Shown here one piece after another: positions 9,506 to 23,218 of a stretch of 64,000 nt of DNA. Both the position numbers and the translations under genes were made by a program. The stretch comes from Myxococcales bacterium (lineage in GTDB: Bacteria; Myxococcota; Myxococcia; Myxococcales; 40CM-4-68-19). Position 1 is the stretch's first letter; each line of letters starts with the position of its first letter. The notes under the pieces were generated by a model that was not told where the DNA came from, made no database searches, and saw nothing but the letters and a program-made list of their open reading frames with translations. The DNA is taken from positions 2,985 to 66,984 of the forward strand of contig DATBZA010000032.1 in NCBI GenBank assembly GCA_036513415.1, written 5' to 3'.

Positions 9506-10807
9506 ATGCGGATTGCGGTCGTAGGGACCGGGTACGTCGGGCTGGTGGCCGGCGTGTGCTTCGCGGATTCGGGGCACACGGTTGCGTGCGTCGACATCGA
9601 CGAAGCGAAGATCAAAGCGCTGAGCCAGGGCCGGAGCCCGATCTATGAGCCGGGCCTGGAGGAGCTGCTGGAGAAGAACCTCGCGGCCGAGCGGATCGCC
9701 TTCACCACCGAGCTGAAAGAGGCGGTCCGCGGCAGCGACGTGGTCTTCATCGCGGTGGGCACTCCCGAGCGCGACGACGGCAGCGCCGACCTGCGCGCGG
9801 CGATGTCGGTCGCTCACCAGATCGCGGAGGCCGCGGAGCGCTACACGGTGGTGGTCAACAAGAGCACCGTTCCGGTGGGCACCGCGGCCCGCATGCAGGC
9901 GGAGATCGCTGCGCGGGCCAAGGTGGAGGTCGACGTCGTCTCCAACCCCGAGTTCCTCAAAGAGGGCGCCGCGATCGACGACTTCCTCCGCCCCGACCGC
10001 ATCGTGATCGGATCGCCGAGCGAGCGCGCCCGGAGCATCATGGCGGAGTTGTACGCGCCGTTCGTTCGCACCGAAGGCCCCATCTACTTCATGGACCCGC
10101 GCTCGGCGGAGCTGACCAAGTACGCCGCGAACGCGATGCTGGCGAGCCGGATCTCCTTCATGAACGACGTGGCGATGCTCTGCGAGCGGGTGGGGGCGGA
10201 CGTGGACTCCGTGCGCAGGGCGATGGGGGCGGACGAACGGATCGGCCAGAAGTTCCTCTTCCCGGGCTGCGGGTACGGCGGGAGCTGCTTCCCCAAGGAC
10301 GTGAAGGCGCTGATCGCCACCGCCCGCAACCACGGGCTGGACTTCACGCTGCTCTCCGCCGTCGACGCCGTGAACGATCGGCAGAAGCGCCTGCTGGCCC
10401 AGAAAGCCAGGGCGCACTTCGGCAGCCTGCGCGGCAGGAAGTTCGGAGTGTGGGGACTCGCCTTCAAGCCCAAGACGGACGACCTGCGGCATGCGCCGGC
10501 GCTCGCGCTCATCGACGAGCTGCTGGCGGACGGCGCCACGGTCAGGGCGCACGATCCCGTGGCGGCGGACAACGCGCGGCGGATCTTCGACGACCGCGTG
10601 CAGTTCGTCCCGAACCCCTACCTGGCGGCGGACGGCGCGGACGGGCTCTTCCTCGTCACCGAGTGGAACGAGTTCCGTCAGCCCGACTTCGCCCGCGTCA
10701 AGGCGGCGATGAAGCAGCCGATCCTCTTCGACGGCCGCAACATCTGGAACCCGAAGCGGCTGCGCGAGATCGGCTTCACCTACTATGGAGTGGGCCGCGC
10801 CTCGTAG
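9506..10807 (+). CDS. ugd: UDP-glucose 6-dehydrogenase
   Basis: GTGYVG, KSTVPVGT, NPEFLKEG, GYGGSCFPKD. Confidence 0.95.
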   Translation: MRIAVVGTGYVGLVAGVCFADSGHTVACVDIDEAKIKALSQGRSPIYEPGLEELLEKNLAAERIAFTTELKEAVRGSDVVFIAVGTPERDDGSADLRAAMSVAHQIAEAAERYTVVVNKSTVPVGTAARMQAEIAARAKVEVDVVSNPEFLKEGAAIDDFLRPDRIVIGSPSERARSIMAELYAPFVRTEGPIYFMDPRSAELTKYAANAMLASRISFMNDVAMLCERVGADVDSVRRAMGADERIGQKFLFPGCGYGGSCFPKDVKALIATARNHGLDFTLLSAVDAVNDRQKRLLAQKARAHFGSLRGRKFGVWGLAFKPKTDDLRHAPALALIDELLADGATVRAHDPVAADNARRIFDDRVQFVPNPYLAADGADGLFLVTEWNEFRQPDFARVKAAMKQPILFDGRNIWNPKRLREIGFTYYGVGRAS

Positions 10808-11436
10808 GCGTCGAGAAATCGCTCGATCCCGCGCCAGAGCCCGGGCAGGTCCCCGGTCAGCTCGTGTCCTTCCTCCAGCTCGATCAGGCCCGCGCGTCCC
10901 TCCATGCGCCGGACGAACTCGCGGGCCAGCGCCGGATCGACCACCTCGTCCAAGGTCCCTTGGATCACCAGGGTCGGGCAGCGTGGCAGCGGGAAGCCCG
11001 GGTAGCGCTGCGCGTCCTCGAGGAACCGGTAGGAGAGCTCCTCCTTGCGGCCGCGCGCGTAATGATCGAACGCGTGGCGCCCGGTGGTGCGCCATTGCCG
11101 GAGCTCCGCCGGGTCCATCCGCGCAGACCAGCGAGGACCGAGCTCGAACGCGGGGGCGAGCAGCACCAGCGCCCGTGCCCGATCGGGATGCAGGGCTGCC
11201 CAGGTGGCGGCGGTGAAGCTGCCCAGCGAAGATCCGAAGAGCACGATCCCGTCGTCGCCGCCCGTGAGCGCATCCAGGCGCTGCAGCATCCGGGTGACGG
11301 TGAGGTCGAAGAACGCCGGCTCGTTCAGGTCGGGGATCTCGAGCTCGATGCCCCGTTCCCGCAGGCGCTGCTTGACGAACTGGCCCTTGCTGGAGGTGGG
11401 ACCGCTCGCGAAGCCGTGGAGCCACAGATGGCGCAT
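10783..11436 (-). CDS. YqiA/YcfP-like alpha/beta hydrolase (esterase)
   Basis: LHGFAS, GSSLG nucleophile elbow, DEVV, GHEL. Confidence 0.85.
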   Translation of the reverse strand: MRHLWLHGFASGPTSSKGQFVKQRLRERGIELEIPDLNEPAFFDLTVTRMLQRLDALTGGDDGIVLFGSSLGSFTAATWAALHPDRARALVLLAPAFELGPRWSARMDPAELRQWRTTGRHAFDHYARGRKEELSYRFLEDAQRYPGFPLPRCPTLVIQGTLDEVVDPALAREFVRRMEGRAGLIELEEGHELTGDLPGLWRGIERFLDAYEARPTP

Positions 11437-11487
11437 GCCGCTCTTTTATCCCGTCGGAGAGGCGGCTGTGCTAGATCGCGCACCTCC

Positions 11488-11808
11488 ATGAGGTGCCTCA
11501 AACCCTTGCTCCTGCTCGCCTGCGTGCTCACTGTCTCGCTGGCCGCCGGCTGCGGGAACGCCTGCCTCCAGCTGGCCGACCAGATCTGTAGCTGTCAGCC
11601 GGACGACACGTCGAGGGCGAATTGTCAGCAGCGGGCACGGGACCAGGCGTCGATCTTTCCGGTGCGGACCCAGGACGAGCAGGTCTGCCAGAAGGCGCTG
11701 GATTCGCACATCTGCGACTGCCAGCACCTGCTCACGCCGGAGGGACGTCAGGCATGCGGGATCGCCTACACCTTCGCTCCGCTCGACGTCCCCGCGACCT
11801 CGAGGTAG
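11488..11808 (+). CDS. Small cysteine-rich lipoprotein
   Basis: MRCLKPLLLLACVLTVSLAAGC lipobox; 8 further Cys; 106 aa; fills gap before epimerase. Confidence 0.72.
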   Translation: MRCLKPLLLLACVLTVSLAAGCGNACLQLADQICSCQPDDTSRANCQQRARDQASIFPVRTQDEQVCQKALDSHICDCQHLLTPEGRQACGIAYTFAPLDVPATSR

Positions 11809-11824
11809 CAACGGGGGAGGGTCC

Positions 11825-12787
11825 ATGGCGAAGATCTGCGTGACTGGCGCGGCAGGGTTCATCGGCGGACATCTGGCCGAGAAACTCCTGCGCGAGGGGC
11901 ACGAGGTGGCGGGGCTCGACGACTTCTCCAGCGGCAAGCGGGAGAACGCGGCGCTGCTGGCATTACACCCGAACTTCACGCTGGTCGAGGGTTCGATCGC
12001 CGACCCCGACGCAGCGCTCCGGGCCGTCGCAGGCGCGACCTGGGTGTTCCACCTGGCCGCGATTCCGTCGGTTCCGCTCTCGGTGGCCGAGCCGGAGCGG
12101 ACCAACGCGGTCAACGTGGGCGGCACCGTCAATCTCCTGGAGATCGCGCGCAAGGCGGGCGTGCGGCGCGTGGTGCTCGCCTGCTCCTGCGCGGCCTACG
12201 GCGACGGGCCCGAGCAGCCCAAGCACGAGGGCCTGGTGCCCCGGCCGATGAGCCCGTACGCGGCGCAGAAGATCGCCTGCGAGCTGTACGCGCAGACCTA
12301 TACGCGCGCGTACGGCCTGCCCTGCGTCGCGCTCCGCTACTTCAACGTCTACGGCCCGCGGCAGGACCCGAAGAGCGACTATGCGGCGGCCATCCCGCGG
12401 TTCACCACGCGGCTTCTCAAGGGGCAGCGGCCCATCGTTTTCGGCGACGGCCTGCAGACGCGCGACTTCGTCCACATCTCGGACGTGGTGCGCGCGAACC
12501 TCCTGGCGGCGACGAGCGACAAGGCCCCGGGCGAGGTCGTCAACGTAGCCAGCGGGGTGAGCTCGTCGCTGATCGACTTGATCGCCGCGCTCAAGCAGGT
12601 GATCGGATCTTCCGCCGCCGGGTTGGAGATCGAGCACCAGGCCCCCCGCGCCGGCGATCTGCGCGAGTCCTCGGCGGACATCTCCAAGGCGCGCGCCGTG
12701 CTCGGGTACGAGCCTCGCGTACAGCTCAAGGAGGGGCTCGCGGGAGTGGTCGAGTTCTTTCGGGGCGTGAACGTCAAAGCGGCCTGA
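11825..12787 (+). CDS. NAD-dependent nucleotide-sugar epimerase/dehydratase (extended SDR)
   Basis: TGAAGFIG, YAAQK, RYFNVYGPRQ, QTRDFVH. Confidence 0.92.
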   Translation: MAKICVTGAAGFIGGHLAEKLLREGHEVAGLDDFSSGKRENAALLALHPNFTLVEGSIADPDAALRAVAGATWVFHLAAIPSVPLSVAEPERTNAVNVGGTVNLLEIARKAGVRRVVLACSCAAYGDGPEQPKHEGLVPRPMSPYAAQKIACELYAQTYTRAYGLPCVALRYFNVYGPRQDPKSDYAAAIPRFTTRLLKGQRPIVFGDGLQTRDFVHISDVVRANLLAATSDKAPGEVVNVASGVSSSLIDLIAALKQVIGSSAAGLEIEHQAPRAGDLRESSADISKARAVLGYEPRVQLKEGLAGVVEFFRGVNVKAA

Positions 12788-13763
12788 GCGTCTCCAGTAG
12801 CCCGGCGATGTCGGCGGGCAGCGGCGACTCGAATCGCAGCAGCTCCCCGCTGACCGGGTGCGGCACCGTCAGCTCGCTCGCGTGCAGCGCCTGCCTCCAG
12901 AGTCGCAGCTGCGCGCGCTCGCGCGCCGTGATCAGGTCGTCGAACATCCCGGCCGGCGCCGGCGAGCCGTCGCTCTCCGCCAGGCGGAGGAAGATCTCCT
13001 CGGAGGGACCGTACAGCTTGTCGCCCACCAGCGGGAACCCGGCTGCCTGCAGATGGGCGCGGATCTGGTGTTGCCGGCCGGTTCGCGGCACGCAGCGGAT
13101 CAGCGTCACTCCCGCATGGCGCCGCACGACCTGGCAGGAAGTGACGGACGGCGCGCCGGCCGGGTCGACGCGCACCTTCACTTTGACGCGGCCGCCTCCG
13201 ACCACCAGCGGGAGATCGACATCGAATCGATCTTCCGGCGGCGAGCCCTCCACCACCGCGAGGTATGCCTTCTCGACTTGCCGGGCGGCGAACGCGGCCT
13301 TCAGCCGCCGCGTATGCACCGGCGTCCGGCCGCAGGCGACCAGGCCGCTGGTCTCGCGGTCGAGCCGGTGGGCCGGATCCGGCTTCTGGCCCGCGGAGTT
13401 GCGATGGTGCCGCTCGAGCGCCCAGGTCAGGGTGCTGACGTGGTAGCGCGCAGTGGGATGCAGCGCGAGGCCAGACGGCTTGTCCACGACCAGCAGCGCT
13501 TCGTCCTCGTACACGACAGGGAGCTGCGGCGGCTCGCCCGAATCGCCGGGGCTTCTCTTGCGCAGCGCGAATCGCAGGCCGGGCCACACCCTGGTGTGAG
13601 GAAGCAGCTCCGGCTCGGCGTGGACCAGAGACCGGCCGCGCAGCAGGCGCTCCAACCGGTCGGGCGGGAGCGGCCGCCTCAGCTTCTCGGCCACGTACGA
13701 GGCCAGCGTCCAGCCGGCGTAGTTGGGCTCCACCTCGTAATGGACCAGGGAATCGTCCGCCAA
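12774..13763 (-). CDS. RluA-family pseudouridine synthase
   Basis: VDKPSGL, HRLDRETSG, TGRQHQIRAH, GDKLYG, QALH. Confidence 0.93.
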   Translation of the reverse strand: MADDSLVHYEVEPNYAGWTLASYVAEKLRRPLPPDRLERLLRGRSLVHAEPELLPHTRVWPGLRFALRKRSPGDSGEPPQLPVVYEDEALLVVDKPSGLALHPTARYHVSTLTWALERHHRNSAGQKPDPAHRLDRETSGLVACGRTPVHTRRLKAAFAARQVEKAYLAVVEGSPPEDRFDVDLPLVVGGGRVKVKVRVDPAGAPSVTSCQVVRRHAGVTLIRCVPRTGRQHQIRAHLQAAGFPLVGDKLYGPSEEIFLRLAESDGSPAPAGMFDDLITARERAQLRLWRQALHASELTVPHPVSGELLRFESPLPADIAGLLETLRPL

Positions 13764-13834
13764 CGCGCCGGCCTCCGTTCTCTCTATAACAGCGCAAGTT
13801 GCAGCAGCGGGCTTCCGTGCGCACGGTTGGCCCT

Positions 13835-14941
13835 GTGAAGATCCTCCACGTGGTGGGCGCCCGGCCCAATTTCATGAAGGTCGCGCCCATCCTCGCCCAG
13901 CTGAAGAAGCGCCCCTCCGTCGAGCAGGTGCTGGTGCACACGGGACAGCACTACGACGCGAAGATGTCGGACGTCTTCTTCCAGGATCTGGGGATGCGGG
14001 AACCCGACGTGCACCTGGGCGTGGGGAGCGGTTCCCACGCGCAGCAGACCGCCAAGGTGATGGTGGAGATCGAGCCGGTGCTCGCGCGCGAGAAGCCGGA
14101 CGTCGTGGTGGTGGCGGGGGACGTGAACAGCACCATCGCGGTCGCCTTGGTGGCGGCGAAGATGGGCCTCGCCATCGCCCACGTCGAAGCGGGCTTGCGG
14201 TCGCGCGACTGGACCATGCCCGAGGAGATCAACCGCGTCCTCACCGACCGGCTCTCCGCTCTCCTCTTCACGCCCTCGCGCGACGGCGACGAGAACCTGC
14301 GCGCCGAGGGCATCGACCCTGCCCGGATCCACCTGGTGGGAAACGTGATGATCGACTCGCTGCAGGCGGCGCTGCCGCGCGCCCGGGAGAGTCGGATCCA
14401 CGAGCGCCTGGAGCTGACGGCCAAGGGGTACGCGCTTGCCACTTTGCACCGCCCCGCGAACGTCGACCAGCCAGCCGCGCTCTCACGCCTGCTCTCGGCG
14501 CTTGCGGACGTCGCAGCCCAGATCCCCGTCGTGTTTCCCATCCACCCCCGCACTCGCTCGCGCTTGCCTGCAGGCTTCGAGGCCAGGGGGCTCAAGCTGG
14601 TCGAGCCGCTCGGGTACCTCGACTTCCTCGCGCTGACCGCGGACGCCCGCCTGGTGATGACCGACTCGGGCGGCATCCAGGAAGAGACCACCGCGCTGGG
14701 CGTTCCCTGCCTGACGATGCGCGAGAACACCGAGCGCCCCGTCACAGTGGAAGTGGGGACCAACGAGCTGGTGGGGACCGATCCGGCTCGGGCGGTGGCG
14801 GCGGCTCGCAAGGTGCTCGCGGGCCGGGGGAAGCAGGGCCGCGTTCCGGAGCTGTGGGACGGCAGGGCGGCGGAGCGGGTGGCGGAGATCCTGGTCCGGT
14901 TCTGCGGCCGGCGGGAACAGAGGAACGGAGGGCGGGGATGA
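13835..14941 (+). CDS. wecB: UDP-N-acetylglucosamine 2-epimerase (non-hydrolysing)
   Basis: GARPNFMK, HTGQHYD, HVEAGLRS, PEEINR, TDSGGIQEE. Confidence 0.94.
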   Translation: MKILHVVGARPNFMKVAPILAQLKKRPSVEQVLVHTGQHYDAKMSDVFFQDLGMREPDVHLGVGSGSHAQQTAKVMVEIEPVLAREKPDVVVVAGDVNSTIAVALVAAKMGLAIAHVEAGLRSRDWTMPEEINRVLTDRLSALLFTPSRDGDENLRAEGIDPARIHLVGNVMIDSLQAALPRARESRIHERLELTAKGYALATLHRPANVDQPAALSRLLSALADVAAQIPVVFPIHPRTRSRLPAGFEARGLKLVEPLGYLDFLALTADARLVMTDSGGIQEETTALGVPCLTMRENTERPVTVEVGTNELVGTDPARAVAAARKVLAGRGKQGRVPELWDGRAAERVAEILVRFCGRREQRNGGRG

Positions 14942-14997
14942 AGCGGAAGGGGAGACGGCGGCTCGCGCGGCTGCGCAGGCTCCGGGCGCGCTTGTTC

Positions 14998-15072
14998 TAG
15001 CCCGGCACCGCAGCCAACTCAGGGGCTTGAGCGTCAGACACGGCCGGCCGCCGAAGGCGGCTTGGCGACTAC
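14998..15072. repeat. REP-like repeat family B, variant copy
   Basis: tagcccggcaccgcagccaactcaggggcttgagcgtcagacacg matches the 2749-2846 and 27668 copies. Confidence 0.72.
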
Positions 15073-15166
15073 ATCGGGTCGCGGTGACTCGCAAGCCCCG
15101 TGCTCGCGGGTGACCGCACTCGGCGGAGGATTTGCGTTCGCGCCGGAGCGGGCCTAAACGGGGCCG

Positions 15167-15601
15167 GTGCAGGTGATCTGGATTGGCGCCGCCGGAGCGC
15201 TTGCGGCGCTCTGGCTCTGGTTCCTCGCCCACGGGCGCGCGCGGGGTGGCGTGAAGCGGGTCGCGCTGCGCGTGACGCTGCTCGCTCTGGCCGGCGCGCT
15301 GGTGGCTGCCGCAGCCGAGCGCGGCCTGCTCTCGCACGCATCCATCGGCTTCCGTCTGGCGCTGGTCCTGGCGGTGATCATCGTCACCGTCGGCTACCTG
15401 TACCTGACGCGGTTCTGCGACGCTTGTGGCCGGATGGTGCGGAACCTCAAGGTGCAGACCTGTCCGCGCTGCGGCGCGTACCTTCCCCGGCACGGGATGA
15501 CCGTCAGGCTGCGCCAGCCCGGCGACGAGCGCAGCTGGACCCCGGGCGATCGCCGCGCCCGTCCGCCCCGTTCCCGTCATCCGGAAGGCCCCAGCGCGTG
15601 A
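15167..15601 (+). CDS. Membrane protein with C-terminal zinc ribbon
   Basis: Three hydrophobic segments then CDAC...CPRC; stop overlaps next GTG (GTGA). Confidence 0.7.
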   Translation: MQVIWIGAAGALAALWLWFLAHGRARGGVKRVALRVTLLALAGALVAAAAERGLLSHASIGFRLALVLAVIIVTVGYLYLTRFCDACGRMVRNLKVQTCPRCGAYLPRHGMTVRLRQPGDERSWTPGDRRARPPRSRHPEGPSA

Positions 15602-17115
15602 ACGGCCACGTCGACCTGGCGCGCGGCTTTCCCGAAGGGCTGGCGCTTGAGGGCGAACCCGCCGCCGACGAGGTGCAGCGCCTGTGGGCCGAGCACCGGG
15701 AGGGCGCGCTCGCGCACGTCCGCGGCGCATTCGCCCTTGCCGTCTGGGACGAGCAGGCGCGCTCTCTCGTGCTGGCGCGTGACGCGCTCGGTGCGAAGCC
15801 GCTGTACTACTGCGCTTCGGGAAGCCAGCTCTGGTTCGGAACCCGGGTTCCCAAGGGCGGCCCCCGGGGTCAGATCGACCGGTCCGCGCTCTCCGACTAC
15901 CTCGAGCTGGGATACGTCCCCGCGCCCGCGACTGCCTGGAGCGGCGTGCGGAAGGTGCCCCCCGGGCATTTGCTCCGGTTCGGCCCCCAGGGCGCCGAGG
16001 TCCGCCGCTGGTTCGAGATGCCGGTACCCGGATCCGGCCGACCCCCATCGCGGATCGCGGTCCGGGCGCGCTTGGAGGAAGCCGTTCGCCGGCGGCTCGC
16101 CGGAGGACCGGCGACGATGCTGTCGGGAGGGCTAGACTCGAGCGCGCTGGTGGCGCTGATGACGCGCCTGTCCGGCCGGGTGCGGACCTACGCGGCGGGC
16201 ACGGACGAAGAGCTGGAGCTGGCACGCAAGATCGCGAATCGGTTTCGCTCCGAGCACCACGAGCTGCGCATCACGCACCGGCCCGCCGAGGAGCTGCCCG
16301 CGCTGATCGCCGAGGCCGGCGAGCCCTTCGCGGACCCGGCGCTGCTCGCGATGGCCGGGCTCCTGCGAGAGATGCGCGGGCCGGTGCTGACCGGGGACGG
16401 CGCTGACGAGCTGTTCGCGGGGCACCTGCGCTATCTGCGCGCCGCGCGCATCCCCGAGCTGCGCCCGGCCGCGGGCGCCGCCGAGCTCCTCCGCAAGCTC
16501 GCGCCCGCCCGCCACCGCGGCACCCTGCATCGGGCGGCGGCGACCCTCCGGACCACCGGCGCGGAACGGGCCCGCGCCATGATCGAGATCTTCAACCCCG
16601 AGGAGCGGACCGCGCTGCTCGGGGTGACCGCCCGCACCGCGCGCGGGCCCTCGACCGACAATCTGCAGGGGCTCGACGCAGCGCTCGCGTTCGATTTCGA
16701 GGTGTCGCTGCCGGACAACGTGATGTTCCGCCTGGATGTGGCCGCGGGCGGGCGCGAAGTCCGGACGCCGTTCGTCGACGTGGACCTGGCGCAGGCCGTA
16801 GTCCCGCCGCCCTGGCAGGACAAGCTCGGCCGCCTTCACGTGCGCAGGCTGTTGCGCGAAGCCGTCGCCGATCTGCTGCCCCGCGAGGTCCTCACGCGCC
16901 CCCCGCGCTCCCCCTCGGTGCCGGTCGGCGCTTGGCTGCGGGGACCGTTGCGCCAGATGCTCCAGGACCTGGTGCGGGCCCCCACCGCGCGGGTCCGGAC
17001 CTTGCTGGATCCGCGCGCCATCGACCGGGCCCTGACGCAGTCCCTGGCGCCGCGCGGGAACCCGCGGCAGGCATGGGCGTTGCTCTGCCTGGAGCTCTGG
17101 GCCCGGGAGCGGTGA
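15598..17115 (+). CDS. Asparagine synthetase (AsnB)-like protein, N-terminally truncated
   Basis: GAFALAVWD, RDALGAKPLYY, LSGGLDSS, EPFAD, TGDGADELFAG. Confidence 0.82.
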   Translation: MNGHVDLARGFPEGLALEGEPAADEVQRLWAEHREGALAHVRGAFALAVWDEQARSLVLARDALGAKPLYYCASGSQLWFGTRVPKGGPRGQIDRSALSDYLELGYVPAPATAWSGVRKVPPGHLLRFGPQGAEVRRWFEMPVPGSGRPPSRIAVRARLEEAVRRRLAGGPATMLSGGLDSSALVALMTRLSGRVRTYAAGTDEELELARKIANRFRSEHHELRITHRPAEELPALIAEAGEPFADPALLAMAGLLREMRGPVLTGDGADELFAGHLRYLRAARIPELRPAAGAAELLRKLAPARHRGTLHRAAATLRTTGAERARAMIEIFNPEERTALLGVTARTARGPSTDNLQGLDAALAFDFEVSLPDNVMFRLDVAAGGREVRTPFVDVDLAQAVVPPPWQDKLGRLHVRRLLREAVADLLPREVLTRPPRSPSVPVGAWLRGPLRQMLQDLVRAPTARVRTLLDPRAIDRALTQSLAPRGNPRQAWALLCLELWARER

Positions 17116-21109
<3,994 letters not shown>

Positions 21110-21110
<1 letters not shown>

Positions 21111-21655
21111 TGCCCCGCCGCCCGCCCCGCTCGCTGCTGCAGCGCATCCGTCTCGTCGTCCTCGACGTGGACGGAACGATGACCGACGGGCGGCTCTACT
21201 ACGGCAAGGAAGGCGAGGCCTTCAAGGCCTTCGACGTCCGCGACGGGCATGGGCTGCGCTTGCTCAGCATGCACGGGGGCGTGAAGCTCGCCGTCCTGAC
21301 GGGCCGCCGCGCTGAGCTCGTGCAACAGCGCTGCCAGGAGCTTTCCATCGATCACGTCGTCGGGGGAAGTCGCGCGAAGGGCGACGCGATCGAGAGGATT
21401 GCCGTGGAGCTGGGCGTCCCGCTGGACCAGACCGCGTTCATGGGCGACGACGTCAACGACCTGCCTGCCCTGCGCAAGGTGGCGCTCTCCTGCGCGCCGC
21501 AGGACGCAGCGCCCGAGGTGCTCGAGGAAGTGCTTTGGGTCTCCCGGCGTCCGGCTGGCCGCGGCGCGGTCCGCGAGCTCTGCGAGATCCTGCTGGCTGC
21601 GAAAGTCGGCTGGCCTCCGCCCGAAGAGGCAGCCAAGCCGGCTCCCCAGGGATGA
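21110..21655 (+). CDS. kdsC: KDO 8-phosphate phosphatase (HAD)
   Basis: DVDGTMTDG, GDDVND, GRGAVRE. Confidence 0.92.
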
Positions 21656-22587
21656 GCGCCCAGGCGAGAGAGAAGGGCTTCCTCTCCCGCGCCGGCAAGC
21701 GGATCCGGCGGGAGTTGCGCGTGCGGGTGCTCTTGCTCTCCCTTCCCCTCTTGAGGATCCTCCCTCTAGCGGCCGGGGCCGCGCTGGGGTGGCTCGCCTG
21801 GTACGTGGTGCCCCGCCAACGTCGGCTCGCCCGGGAGCAGCTGCGCCTGGCCTTTCCGGAAAAGAGCGACGCCGAGCGCGACCGCATCGGGCGGGCCAGC
21901 TTCGTCAATCTCGGGCGGGCCGCCTTGGAGACCGCGCGCGCGGATCGCATGGACATCCGCGCGCTCGTCGATCTCGACCCGCGCGACGAAGCGTTGCTGC
22001 ACGCCGCTCACGCGGAAGGAAAGGGCATCGTGGTCGTGACCGCGCACATCGGCGCCTGGGAGTTGTTCGGGCGCCGCATGGCGGCCACCGGGATCCCCTG
22101 CAGCACGGTCGCCAAGGAGGCGCACGACCCGCGGATCACGGCCCTCTTGATGAATGTTCGCGAGCGCGCGGGCGTGCGCGTGTTCTGGCGGGGGACCCCG
22201 ATGTCCGCCCGCGAGATCCTCCGCTTCCTGCAGCGCGAGGGAGGGATCGTCGGCGTCCTGATCGATCAGGACACCCAGGTGGCAGGGCACTTCGTCCCGT
22301 TCTTCGGCCGGCCTGCATTCACGCCGCGTGCCGCCGGCGATCTGGCGGCGCGCCTCGGTGCGCCGATGCTCTTCGCCTGCGCCCATCGAGTGGCGCGGGA
22401 CATGCACCGCATGGTGGTCCGGCGGATCGACGTGCAGCGCACCGGCGATCGCGATAGAGACTCAGTGGCCCTTACCGCGGCGGCCACCCGATGCATCGAG
22501 GACGAGGTCCGAAGCAGGCCGGACGAGTGGGTGTGGATGCACCCCCGCTGGCGGACACAGCCAGCGGATATTGCAAGGGAAAAGTAG
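21652..22587 (+). CDS. Lipid A late acyltransferase (LpxL/HtrB family)
   Basis: HIGAWE, DQD, FVPFFG, WVWMHPRW; within Kdo operon. Confidence 0.88.
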   Translation: MSAQAREKGFLSRAGKRIRRELRVRVLLLSLPLLRILPLAAGAALGWLAWYVVPRQRRLAREQLRLAFPEKSDAERDRIGRASFVNLGRAALETARADRMDIRALVDLDPRDEALLHAAHAEGKGIVVVTAHIGAWELFGRRMAATGIPCSTVAKEAHDPRITALLMNVRERAGVRVFWRGTPMSAREILRFLQREGGIVGVLIDQDTQVAGHFVPFFGRPAFTPRAAGDLAARLGAPMLFACAHRVARDMHRMVVRRIDVQRTGDRDRDSVALTAAATRCIEDEVRSRPDEWVWMHPRWRTQPADIAREK

Positions 22588-22660
22588 TTCTCGAACCAAC
22601 AGAAAAACACGCTCGAGCGCCTCGACAGCGGACGGGCGCGGTGATAGCGTTCTCTTGCAA

Positions 22661-23218
22661 ATGAGAAGCCAGAGCGTCAGGGCCGTCTTGGGTGTGCTCG
22701 TGCTGGCCCTGGTCTGGGGATGCGGGAATTCCGCAAACCCGCCTGTATCCTCCATTTCCATACCTGACGTTCCTGACCTGTCCTTGCAGGTGGTGGCGTT
22801 TGCCCGCCTGTCCGAGGGGCAGGTTGTCGCGCGCGGGACCGCGGCGCGCCTCGACTACCGCCGCAGCGGCGGCCGGCTTGTGGCCTCTCGCGCCACCGCC
22901 GACGTCCAGCCGTTGCCGGGTAGCAGCCTGGCAGCCTTCGGCACGCTCCGGTTCGTCGCCCAGGACGCCGCGGGGGAGGTTCCCAATCGGCGGGGTACCG
23001 CTTCTGGAGGTGTCCGGCTCGATGCAGCGCGGGGGGACACGGCGCTGACGGAACGCGTTGAGTACGACGGCGATGTTCTGCGCGGCAACGCTCCGGTGGC
23101 GGCGCACGGGCCGGGCTATCGGGTGAACGGGAACGGCTTGTTTGCACGCGTCGACGGCTCCGCCATCCAGCTCACCTCCGGCGTCGAGGGTCAGCTCGAG
23201 ATGGAGGCTCCGCGATGA
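22661..23218 (+). CDS. LptC-like LPS export protein
   Basis: N-terminal hydrophobic segment with Cys, beta-rich; directly upstream of lptA-lptB. Confidence 0.6.
   Translation: MRSQSVRAVLGVLVLALVWGCGNSANPPVSSISIPDVPDLSLQVVAFARLSEGQVVARGTAARLDYRRSGGRLVASRATADVQPLPGSSLAAFGTLRFVAQDAAGEVPNRRGTASGGVRLDAARGDTALTERVEYDGDVLRGNAPVAAHGPGYRVNGNGLFARVDGSAIQLTSGVEGQLEMEAPR

Noticed and set aside
12170-12210. Cys substitutions in epimerase active-site motif (LACSCAAYG)
   Set aside because: Aligned to GalE FSSSATVYG the catalytic Ser and YxxxK are retained.
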